DNA of 64,000 nucleotides from Bacilli bacterium (GTDB lineage Bacteria > Bacillota_I > Bacilli_A > ML615J-28 > CAG-313), in the NCBI GenBank assembly GCA_017937305.1, contig JAGBDV010000020.1, positions 160,576 through 224,575 on the forward strand, given 5' to 3'. Shown in pieces: positions 56,126-64,000 of this stretch. Made by a program: the position numbers and the translations under genes. Below the pieces are notes generated by a model that worked only from the letters and a program-made list of their open reading frames with translations, searched no databases and was not told the origin of the DNA. Every line of letters starts with the position of its first letter. The stretch's first letter is position 1.

Positions 56126-56972
56126 GTCTTCTAATTTGACTAAAACCATAACTACTTAGTCTTTTATGTAAATCCCAATCACTATATGCATCAAGACTAA
56201 CTACAACTAGTTGATTAAATTTATCTTCAAATCCAGTAATTAAAGTTCTTCCTGCTTTTTTTGTATAACCTGTTTTACCACCTAGACAGTTAGGCTCACT
56301 ATGTACTAATCGATGTTTATTCTTGAAGTTTAATACTTTATATTCTAAATTTACACTTTTATAAGTTTTAGTTTTGAATACTTCTTTAAAAAAATCAATC
56401 TTATAACATGCAGAATATAGAATTGCTAAATCATAAGCAGTTGTATAATTATTTGTAATTCCGTCTAATCCATGTGGATTTTCAAAATTAGAATCTTTCA
56501 TTCCAATTGTTTTAGAAATCTCATTCATTAAAATGATAAAATCATTTAATTCACCACTATATTTATACGCAAGAGCAAGTGCTGCATCATTACCACTACA
56601 AAGGAGTAAGCCATATATTAAATCTTTAACACTAATAACATCTCCTACTTCTAAATAAATCTTTGATCCTTCTACATTAATCATGTCATGAGTAATTACA
56701 ACAAAATCATTTAAATCATAATACTTATAAGCTACATATGCTGTTAAAACTTTTGTTAAGGATGCAGGTAACATTTTTCTATATGCATCGTTTTCATATA
56801 ATACTTCATTATTATATAAATCAAGTACAATTGATGATTTTGATGTATCATTTAGAGTAACAGTATTCACCATTTGATCAGAATTAGTTTTAGGAACTAA
56901 TAAGCCAATCATTACTATTATTATAATAATTAAAAACATACCAATAAATTTAAATTTCACAAACATCACCAT
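56118..56972 (-). CDS. dacB: D-alanyl-D-alanine carboxypeptidase (S11, DacB-like sporulation PBP)
   Basis: SxxK (PASLTK), SxN (CSGND) and KTG (GKTGYT) motifs plus an N-terminal TM anchor. The spmAB genes lie downstream. Confidence 0.85.
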   Translation of the reverse strand: MVMFVKFKFIGMFLIIIIIVMIGLLVPKTNSDQMVNTVTLNDTSKSSIVLDLYNNEVLYENDAYRKMLPASLTKVLTAYVAYKYYDLNDFVVITHDMINVEGSKIYLEVGDVISVKDLIYGLLLCSGNDAALALAYKYSGELNDFIILMNEISKTIGMKDSNFENPHGLDGITNNYTTAYDLAILYSACYKIDFFKEVFKTKTYKSVNLEYKVLNFKNKHRLVHSEPNCLGGKTGYTKKAGRTLITGFEDKFNQLVVVSLDAYSDWDLHKRLSSYGFSQIRRRF

Positions 56973-57030
56973 TTAATAATATGAATAAATATTTTAAAAA
57001 ATACCTCTATTAAATATTAAGTTTAAAGAA

Positions 57031-57059
57031 AAAAAGATGAGTTTTTACTCATCTTTTTT
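57031..57059 (-). terminator. Intrinsic terminator of miaA (bidirectional shape)
   Basis: AAAAAGATGAGT-TTTT-ACTCATCTTTTTT. Confidence 0.8.
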
Positions 57060-57061
57060 GA

Positions 57062-57961
57062 TTATTCTTTCAAAAATTTATCTATTAAACTATAAACTTC
57101 ATCTACAGTATTATTGAAATTATTAACATCTATTAAAACTTCAGTAACATATTCTTTATTTCTAAACCATGTAAGTTGACGTTTAGCATAATTTCTTGAA
57201 TATTGTTTGATTTTATCAATTGCTTCTTCTTTAGTAGAATTTCCATCAAAATAGTCAAATAGTTCTTTATATCCTATTGCAGCTTTTGCAGTTAGTCCTA
57301 GTTTATTAGGATAAAAACTTTTTACTTCTTCAAGTAGTCCTTCTTCTAACATTTGATCTACTCGTTTATTAATGCGGTTATATAAAACTTCGCGATCATC
57401 ATTTAAAACGATAACAAGTGCATCATATAACATTTCTTTCTTTTTAGTTCCCTTTTGTTCATTATTTAAAGCTATTTCTAAAGCTCTTAAAACTCTTTTT
57501 CTGTTATTTGGGTGAATTTCATTATATGATACATTATCTAGATCTTTTAATAATAAATGTAATTCTTCATTTGATAAATTTTTATATTTTTCTTCAAATG
57601 AATGATCTCTAGTTTTACCATCAAATGTGTAATTGCATATAACACTTTCTAAATAAAGGCCACTTCCTCCAACAATTAAAGGAATGATATTTTTAGATTT
57701 AAATTCAGATATTTTATCTCTTACAATTCTTTGATAATCAGCTACACTAAAGTTTTCTAATGGATCAAGATAATCTATTAAATGATGTTTAATCTTTGAT
57801 AATTCATCTTTTGATGGCTTTGCAGTACCGATATCCATACCTTTATATATTTGATATGCATCACCATTAATAATTTCAGTTTTTAATCGTTCAGCAATTA
57901 ATAATGAACATTTTGTTTTTCCAACCGCTGTAGGACCAGTGATTATTACAACTTTATCCAT
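57062..57961 (-). CDS. miaA: tRNA dimethylallyltransferase
   Basis: P-loop ITGPTAVGKT and GGSGLY motifs, with the conserved mutS-mutL-miaA order. Confidence 0.93.
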   Translation of the reverse strand: MDKVVIITGPTAVGKTKCSLLIAERLKTEIINGDAYQIYKGMDIGTAKPSKDELSKIKHHLIDYLDPLENFSVADYQRIVRDKISEFKSKNIIPLIVGGSGLYLESVICNYTFDGKTRDHSFEEKYKNLSNEELHLLLKDLDNVSYNEIHPNNRKRVLRALEIALNNEQKGTKKKEMLYDALVIVLNDDREVLYNRINKRVDQMLEEGLLEEVKSFYPNKLGLTAKAAIGYKELFDYFDGNSTKEEAIDKIKQYSRNYAKRQLTWFRNKEYVTEVLIDVNNFNNTVDEVYSLIDKFLKE

Positions 57962-59805
57962 TAGATTACCCTCTTAAACATTTTTTCAATTTCATATGTT
58001 GAAATTTTTACAAGTGTAGGACGCCCATGTGGACAAGTGTAAGGCATTTCACATTTTTTAAGGTTATTAATAAGTTCTTTTACTTCAGAATCTAAAATAA
58101 AAGTATTTGCTTTAATAGACTTTTTACACGAAAGTTTTTTAGCTAAACTTTCATACATAATGCTTTTTGAAACATTTTGATTATTAATAAGATGATTAAT
58201 AATATCAGAAATGAATTCTATTTCAAAGTTTTTAGGAATCCATAAAGGGATTTCTCTTATAATTATCGTTGTTCCACCAAATGGTTCAAATTTAATACCA
58301 AGTTTACTTATTTCCTGTTCTTTTTCGTTAATTAATGGAATTTCAGAAACACTAAATTCTAATTTAATTGGAATTAAAAGTTCAATTGATTTATTAGATT
58401 CTTGTTTAAATGAATCTCTAATTTTTTCATACATACATCTTTCCATAGCAGCATGTTGATCAACTAGATATAAATCATTTCCTCCATCAAATAAAAGATA
58501 CGTTTTGTGATATTGACCAATATAAGTTAATGTATCAAAAATAGATTCTTCAAATTCAACTTTTTGAACTTCTACTTTAGCTTCTGCATCTATAGTAAAA
58601 TCTAAATCATCATCATCTTTGTCATCATCTTCATCATCAAAATCATCAAAATCTAGATCTGTATTATCTTCATCAAACTCATCCCACAGCGTTTCAATGG
58701 ATTCTTCCTTGATATTTTTTGGTTCATCTTCTTTAATCAAGGTTACATAAGGATTTTCTAATTGATCGTGAGTTTCTATTTTAATATCTTTTTCTTTTGC
58801 TTCATAAACTAAAGATGTTTGATATAAACATTTACCAATTGTTGATGTAATCATTTCTCTTAAAATTAGTTCATCAGTAAATCTAATTTCAAGTTTTGTA
58901 GGATGGACATTTACATCTATTAGTGAAGGATCACACTTTATTTCAAGTAATGTAATAGGATATTTTCCTACAGGAATGATTGACTTATAAGCATCTGTTA
59001 CTGCAAATAAAATATTTAAGTTTCTAATAATACGATTATTAATTACAATATTAATGTAGTTTTTATTAGAACGATATACATTATTTGTCGTAGTATATCC
59101 ATTAATATGATATAAGTCGTTTTTATTTTCAAATTTAATTAAATTTTTTGCAACATCAAGTCCATATGTTTGTCCCATTAAAGATATTAAATTGTTAGTT
59201 CCATCGGTTTGATAAACAACTTTATTATTATTAATTAATGTAAATGAAATATTGGGATTTGCAAGAGCAATACGGTTAATAAGGGTTGTAATATGTGATA
59301 ATTCAACACTTTCAGTACTTAGGTGTTTTAGTCTTGCAGGAGTATTAAAAAATAGATTTTCAACCTCTACTTTAGTTCCAATTGGCATTGGAGTTATGCC
59401 TTCATCTATTAGTTCACTCGATTTATATTGATAAAAATACCCATTAACACCATCAGTACAAGATGAAATACGCATTTTAGAAACACTTTGAATTGAAGGA
59501 AGTGCTTCACCCCTAAACCCTAGTGTTGCAATATTAAATAAATCACTAGATGTTTTAATTTTGGAAGTTGCATGAGGTTTTATTGCAACAGGAATTTGAT
59601 CTTTAGTCATTCCAAAACCGTTATCTAAGACGGTGATTTTTTTTATACCACTATTTAAAAGTTCAATTCTGATATTTGAAGATTCAGCATCAATTGCATT
59701 TTCTACAAGCTCTTTTACAACACTTGCAGGACGTTCAACAACTTCACCTGCAGATATTAAATTAGCAATTTCTTTAGATAATTCATTAATTGTAGGTAGA
59801 CTCAT
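57961..59805 (-). CDS. mutL: DNA mismatch repair protein MutL (endonuclease-type)
   Basis: GHKL ATPase motifs (VVKELVENAIDA, DNGFGM), the C-terminal endonuclease motif DQHAAMERCMYE, and the CPHGRP motif. Confidence 0.95.
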   Translation of the reverse strand: MSLPTINELSKEIANLISAGEVVERPASVVKELVENAIDAESSNIRIELLNSGIKKITVLDNGFGMTKDQIPVAIKPHATSKIKTSSDLFNIATLGFRGEALPSIQSVSKMRISSCTDGVNGYFYQYKSSELIDEGITPMPIGTKVEVENLFFNTPARLKHLSTESVELSHITTLINRIALANPNISFTLINNNKVVYQTDGTNNLISLMGQTYGLDVAKNLIKFENKNDLYHINGYTTTNNVYRSNKNYINIVINNRIIRNLNILFAVTDAYKSIIPVGKYPITLLEIKCDPSLIDVNVHPTKLEIRFTDELILREMITSTIGKCLYQTSLVYEAKEKDIKIETHDQLENPYVTLIKEDEPKNIKEESIETLWDEFDEDNTDLDFDDFDDEDDDKDDDDLDFTIDAEAKVEVQKVEFEESIFDTLTYIGQYHKTYLLFDGGNDLYLVDQHAAMERCMYEKIRDSFKQESNKSIELLIPIKLEFSVSEIPLINEKEQEISKLGIKFEPFGGTTIIIREIPLWIPKNFEIEFISDIINHLINNQNVSKSIMYESLAKKLSCKKSIKANTFILDSEVKELINNLKKCEMPYTCPHGRPTLVKISTYEIEKMFKRVI

Positions 59806-62384
59806 TAATTATCTGCCTCCTTCTTCCATTTATTAAGTAACATTAATGCATCAATTGGTCTTAAACTATCGACATCTAAATCTTCTAATTCTGATAAAAT
59901 AGCTTTTTGTTTAGGATCAAGTTCAGAAATAATTATTGGTTCAGTATAATTATTTTTAGACAATAGTTCTGCATCATAATTATTTTTACTTTCTAGTTTA
60001 TTTAGAATATCTTTTGCACGTAGTGTTACTTTTAAAGGTATTTTAGCTAAACTTGCAACATTTATACCATAACTTTGAAGCGTTGCACCAGGAAGTACTT
60101 TATGTAAGAAAATAAGTTCTCCAGTTTCATTAAAATTATCGGCATTTGCTTCTACATGGACATTTCTTAAGAAAGGTAGACTTTTATCTAAACTTGTTAG
60201 CTCATGATAATGAGTTGAAAAGAAAGTTTTTGCACCAATTGTATCATGAATATATTCTAAAATTGCTTGTGCAAGAGCCATACCATCAAATGTTGCAGTA
60301 CCACGGCCTACTTCATCAAGAACAATTAAACTTCTTTCCGTTGCGTTAGTAAGTGCATCATTAACTTCTAGCATTTCAGTCATAAATGTAGATTCACCAC
60401 TTGCAATATCATCACTTGAACCAATTCTTGTAAAGATTTGATCAAAAATTGGAAGCGTGCAACTCTTACAAGGAACATATGAACCCATTTGAGCCATTAT
60501 TGCAATAATCGCATTTTGTCGCATAAAAGTACTTTTACCACTCATATTAGGACCGGTAATTACTAAAATCTTTTCATCATTATATAAAGTTAAATCATTT
60601 GGAATAAACTCTTTTTCTGATACTACTTCAATAACAGGATGACGACCATCTTTTATTAATAGTTCATTATATCTAGAAAATGATGGTCTTACATAATTAT
60701 TTTCTTTTGATACAATACTTAAACTAATTAACATATCGATATGTGAAATTATATTAGCTAATTTTTGAATTTCATGCGTTTGTTCTTTACATTTATTTCT
60801 TAAGTTGTTAAATAATTCAATTTCAAGACTAAGCGCAAGTTCAGCACTTCTTAAAATTAGAGCTTCACGTTCTTTTAATTCTTCTGTAATATAACGTTCA
60901 GAATTAGCTGTAGTTTGTTTACGAATATAACCAAACTCATCTTTTACTAGTGGAAGGTAAGATTTAGTTACTTCAATATAATAACCAAATACTCTATTAT
61001 AACCAACTTTTAATCCCTTAATTCCTGTACGTTCACGTTCTCTTTGTTCTAAGTTAAGTAAGAACTCTTTATTTGTAGATTCAACGTTACGAATCTTATC
61101 TAGTTCAGCACTATAACCATCTTTAATTACTCCACCATCTTTTAATAGATATGGAGCATCTTCTCTGATGGCATTATCTAATTCGTCATGTAATTCATTA
61201 AATAAAGTAACTGCTTCACTAAATTTAGCACTTTCTACGCCTTTTAATTCTTTTAATTTAAGTTTAACAGAAGGTAAAACACCGATTGATTTTTTTAGTT
61301 GTAATAAATCTTTTGGACTAGGTGCACCAAAACTAATACGACCAACAATACGTTCTAAATCATAAATTTCAGTAAGTAATTTTTTTAGTTCTTCAGTAAC
61401 AATATAGTTTTTATGAAGTTCACCAATAAAATCAAGTCTTGAATTAATTTTATTTAAATCAACAAGTGGGAATAAAATACTTTTCTTTAAATATCTTGAT
61501 CCCATTGCTGTAGAACATTTGTCTAAAATAGCAAATAAATTGTTTTTAAAGCGATTACCATGAAGACTTTCTACAAGTTCTAAGTTTCTAACCGCATTAT
61601 TATCAAGTCTTAAATACTCTTTATTATCATAATAAACAAACTCTTTTAAATGCACTAAAACTCTCTTTTGAGTTTTAATAATATATGATAATAATCTTTT
61701 TGCAGAAAACTCTAAAGATGTATTTAAATTAGCTGTTAAGCCATTTAAATAACCATCAACAGTTAAATCTTCATTAATTGAAAGTAATATACCATAAATT
61801 TTAGTAAGAGAATTTTTTATACTATTATTTAGATTACTTGGAACTACTAATTCTTTAATACCAAGTTTATTGATTTCACTTATTACTAAATCAATATTAT
61901 TTGGAAAACTTGTAATTAAAGCATCACCAGTAGATAAATCAATATAGCTAAGAATATACCCAGCTTCGTATTTATCTAAACAACCAATATAGTTATTACT
62001 TTTATCAGATAAGTAAGATTCATCAATATTTGTACCAGGAGTAATAATACGGATAACATCACGATGTACAATCTTCTTTCCACCTGGTTCTTCTAGTTGT
62101 TCTACAATTGCAACTTTATACCCTTTTTGACTTAACTTTTCAATATATGAATTTACTGCATGATGAGGAACACCACACATTGGCACTCGGTCATTTTCTA
62201 CCCCAGCATCTCGCCCTGTTAAAACGATCTCAAGTTCTCTACTTGCAACAATTGCATCATTAAAAAACATCTCATAAAAATCCCCTAGTCTAAAGAATAC
62301 TAAAGCATCTTTATATTGTTCTTTAATTTCTAAATATTGTCTCATCATTGGAGTATATTTACTTTTATCAATATTTTCGTACAT
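59805..62384 (-). CDS. mutS: DNA mismatch repair protein MutS
   Basis: N-terminal mismatch-binding GDFYE(MF), Walker A GPNMSGKST, and STF(MT)EM and DE(VG)RGT motifs. Confidence 0.96.
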   Translation of the reverse strand: MYENIDKSKYTPMMRQYLEIKEQYKDALVFFRLGDFYEMFFNDAIVASRELEIVLTGRDAGVENDRVPMCGVPHHAVNSYIEKLSQKGYKVAIVEQLEEPGGKKIVHRDVIRIITPGTNIDESYLSDKSNNYIGCLDKYEAGYILSYIDLSTGDALITSFPNNIDLVISEINKLGIKELVVPSNLNNSIKNSLTKIYGILLSINEDLTVDGYLNGLTANLNTSLEFSAKRLLSYIIKTQKRVLVHLKEFVYYDNKEYLRLDNNAVRNLELVESLHGNRFKNNLFAILDKCSTAMGSRYLKKSILFPLVDLNKINSRLDFIGELHKNYIVTEELKKLLTEIYDLERIVGRISFGAPSPKDLLQLKKSIGVLPSVKLKLKELKGVESAKFSEAVTLFNELHDELDNAIREDAPYLLKDGGVIKDGYSAELDKIRNVESTNKEFLLNLEQRERERTGIKGLKVGYNRVFGYYIEVTKSYLPLVKDEFGYIRKQTTANSERYITEELKEREALILRSAELALSLEIELFNNLRNKCKEQTHEIQKLANIISHIDMLISLSIVSKENNYVRPSFSRYNELLIKDGRHPVIEVVSEKEFIPNDLTLYNDEKILVITGPNMSGKSTFMRQNAIIAIMAQMGSYVPCKSCTLPIFDQIFTRIGSSDDIASGESTFMTEMLEVNDALTNATERSLIVLDEVGRGTATFDGMALAQAILEYIHDTIGAKTFFSTHYHELTSLDKSLPFLRNVHVEANADNFNETGELIFLHKVLPGATLQSYGINVASLAKIPLKVTLRAKDILNKLESKNNYDAELLSKNNYTEPIIISELDPKQKAILSELEDLDVDSLRPIDALMLLNKWKKEADN

Positions 62385-62456
62385 AATATTTCCTCATTTT
62401 TATAGTTTTGTAATTATTATATCATAATTTGTGATTTTAATCAAATAATTGTCAAG

Positions 62457-62513
62457 TTTTTAGCGTTTGAGATGATTAATTACCCATATTTTTAAACTCA
62501 ACCGCTTAAAAAA
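62457..62513. repeat. Intergenic palindromic element copy D
   Basis: The degenerate left arm TTTTAGCGTTTGAG, a 25-nt spacer, and the right arm CTCAACCGCTTAAAAAA. The right part (62489-62512) is identical to 63774-63797. Confidence 0.6.
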
Positions 62514-62526
62514 GGGTATAAAAAAA

Positions 62527-62546
62527 GGCCCAAAAATTGGACCTAT
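62527..62546 (-). terminator. Terminator of the Sel1-like gene
   Basis: On the - strand, AGGTCCAATTTTTGGGCCT is followed by T7 (one mismatch in the stem). Confidence 0.55.
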
Positions 62547-62549
62547 AAA

Positions 62550-63659
62550 TTACTTTTTATTTAAATTATAAAAATTTAAAACTTTAATTGATAATTCATC
62601 ATTTAGTTTTGCATACTTTTCAACAAGCTTTAACGCAACATTAAATCTTGTAGCTTCTTTTGTTACATATGAAGAATCATACTCATCGACAATATTTTCT
62701 TCATATTCATAAGCTATTAGACCTGAATGTCCATTTTCTTTCCACGCAAAATATCCGCCTAAAAATAAAACGCATTTTTCATAATTATTATTTTCAATCA
62801 GATTATTATCAATAATTAATTTTGTTGCTTCAAGTTGTGTTAATGCTAAAAACTTTCTTCTTCTAGTATAGGATTCATCTTTTTGTTCATCTACATCATA
62901 GTCCCAAAATCCTGCATAGGTAATTAATTCTTCGATAGCTTGTTTTTTATATTCAGTATCTAATAGTAAGATATTAAAAATATAAGCTGATTCAATATAA
63001 TTTTCAAATATTAATTCTTCAAAATTAGGAAATTTATTTATTCCAAATCCTAATTCAAAAAATCTTTTTAAATCATATTTAGAATGACCTAATAAATAAT
63101 GAATGTAAGCTTTTTCTAAATCTATTTCTATACCCATACCAAATTCATAACGTTCACCTAAAATAATATTTAATTCTTTTAGATTAAATAATTCATCTGT
63201 TTTTAATACTTTATTAATATAATTATTGGCAACATTATATTGTTCTAACTTAAGATAAATTCTAATTAATAATAAATGATTTAAAGTAGTATCATTAGTA
63301 GTTAATTCCTCAATTATCTTTTCGATTGAAACGATGCTTACAGTGAATGTTTTATAATCATTAATGGCCCCTTTAATATATTCCCATCGCATTTTTATAT
63401 AGCTTGCATTAAATTTTTCATTTTTTGAGATAATAAAACTTTCTTTTACCGTTTCTAAAGTATAATCGTAATTAAAGCCACTTTTACCTGCATTAGCATA
63501 TTTAGTATAATCATATTCAACAAGATATGTCCCATTATTTAAATCAGTACAAGAAATATTAACAGGGAAATCGTAAGATGCATGATTTATTTTTCCATTA
63601 ATGAATACATATAGTTGATGTTCTTTATAAGTATAATAATTTATTTTAAGTACTTTCAT
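62550..63659 (-). CDS. Hypothetical protein with Sel1/TPR-like helical repeat(s), 369 aa
   Basis: The segment LGERYEFGMGIEIDLEKAYIHYLLG fits a Sel1 repeat. The gene has its own promoter and terminator and is bracketed by 24-bp perfect direct repeats. Confidence 0.6.
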   Translation of the reverse strand: MKVLKINYYTYKEHQLYVFINGKINHASYDFPVNISCTDLNNGTYLVEYDYTKYANAGKSGFNYDYTLETVKESFIISKNEKFNASYIKMRWEYIKGAINDYKTFTVSIVSIEKIIEELTTNDTTLNHLLLIRIYLKLEQYNVANNYINKVLKTDELFNLKELNIILGERYEFGMGIEIDLEKAYIHYLLGHSKYDLKRFFELGFGINKFPNFEELIFENYIESAYIFNILLLDTEYKKQAIEELITYAGFWDYDVDEQKDESYTRRRKFLALTQLEATKLIIDNNLIENNNYEKCVLFLGGYFAWKENGHSGLIAYEYEENIVDEYDSSYVTKEATRFNVALKLVEKYAKLNDELSIKVLNFYNLNKK

Positions 63660-63689
63660 TTATTACTCCTAAATTATATTCATATTTTT

Positions 63690-63718
63690 ATTTTACATTA
63701 ATTATTTTTTCATGTCAA
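63690..63718 (-). promoter_or_regulatory. Sigma-A-type promoter of the Sel1-like gene (TTGACA, 17-nt spacer, TAAAAT on the - strand)
   Basis: Read directly: TGTCAA at 63713-63718 and ATTTTA at 63690-63695 on the + strand. Confidence 0.5.
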
Positions 63719-63739
63719 TTAATTAATATAATATAGAAC

Positions 63740-63797
63740 TTTTTTAAGCGGTTAAGATAAATAATTTATCAACTTTTTAAACTCAACCGCTTAAAAA
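63740..63797. repeat. Intergenic palindromic element copy E (best preserved)
   Basis: TTTTTTAAGCGGTTAAG, a 25-nt spacer, then CTCAACCGCTTAAAAA. The arms pair over 13 perfect bp (TTTTTAAGCGGTT/AACCGCTTAAAAA). Confidence 0.65.
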
Positions 63798-63813
63798 TGA
63801 GTTATAAAAAAGA

Positions 63814-63832
63814 CTTAATCAATCTGATTAAG
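63814..63832 (-). terminator. Terminator hairpin of the partial membrane-protein gene
   Basis: CTTAATCA-ATC-TGATTAAG with a T-run on the - strand (AAAAAA at 63806-63811 on +). It overlaps the stop codon. Confidence 0.55.
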
Positions 63833-63998
63833 CCATACGTTTTTTAAACATATAAATAACTTTACTTAAAGCTATACTAATAACTGAATTTACAACCAAT
63901 TCAATTAAGAAATTAATTGTCATTGCACCAATAATAATTTTAAATAAATTATCTTGATTATTAAAGAATGCCCAAAAGAAAGTTAAAAAGAATAGTGT
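63828..63998 (-). CDS. 3' end of a membrane protein gene (partial; continues beyond the window)
   Basis: The - strand frame is open from the window edge: ...TLFFLTFFWAFFNNQDNLFKIIIGAMTINFLIELVVNSVISIALSKVIYMFKKRMA, then a stop. It is hydrophobic and followed by a terminator. Confidence 0.4.
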   Translation of the reverse strand, partial: TLFFLTFFWAFFNNQDNLFKIIIGAMTINFLIELVVNSVISIALSKVIYMFKKRMA

Positions 63999-64000
63999 AT

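Noticed and set aside
56973-57061. Expected hfq downstream of miaA, as in many Firmicutes
   Set aside because: The gap is only about 90 nt and is occupied by a terminator. No Sm-like ORF is present, so hfq is simply not at this locus.

Overview
This is an AT-rich Bacillota (Firmicute) chromosomal segment using the standard genetic code; TGA acts as a stop, for example at the end of ribF. Gene content is mostly core housekeeping, plus genes typical of endospore-forming lineages: recN-spoIVB-spo0A, SpoVID-like and YsxE-like genes, and dacB-spmA-spmB. The main structural feature is a strand switch. From 1 to 48301 nearly all genes are on the + strand: polC, alaS with an Ala T-box, ruvX, a type IV pilus cluster, truB-ribF-rpsO-pnp, rnpB, engB, tldD-pmbA, proS, lepA-hemW and xerD-deoB. 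From 49730 to the end every gene is on the - strand: a PHP phosphatase, a Fic-like gene, PAP2, rluB, HAD, spmB-spmA-dacB and miaA-mutL-mutS. The switch falls in a 1.4 kb ORF-free region (48302-49729). That region contains a near-canonical Firmicute dif site (48915-48942, 25/28 identical to the B. subtilis dif as I recall it), with xerD 2.7 kb away. I therefore read this as the replication terminus. The dif-flanking DNA is unusual: it holds degenerate direct repeats and seven same-strand DnaA-box-like 9-mers. A related ~55-60 bp palindromic element family recurs in intergenic gaps of the right arm, and two copies share a perfect 24-bp stretch that brackets a single Sel1-like gene. Other observations worth a second look: (a) Spo0A has a conserved DNA-binding domain but a receiver domain lacking the phospho-acceptor Asp, the acidic pair and the conserved Lys; (b) two tandem paralogous genes encode 6-TM + coiled-coil + shared C-terminal-domain proteins of unknown function, one with an in-frame 33-bp tandem repeat; (c) a chorismate-synthase-like gene and a Fic-like gene both appear to have lost catalytic motifs; (d) the type IV pilus cluster has no prepilin peptidase or retraction ATPase in cis. 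No rRNA, tRNA, CRISPR array, transposase or prophage was recognised. All calls come from reading the sequence and the ORF translations by eye; no database search was possible.
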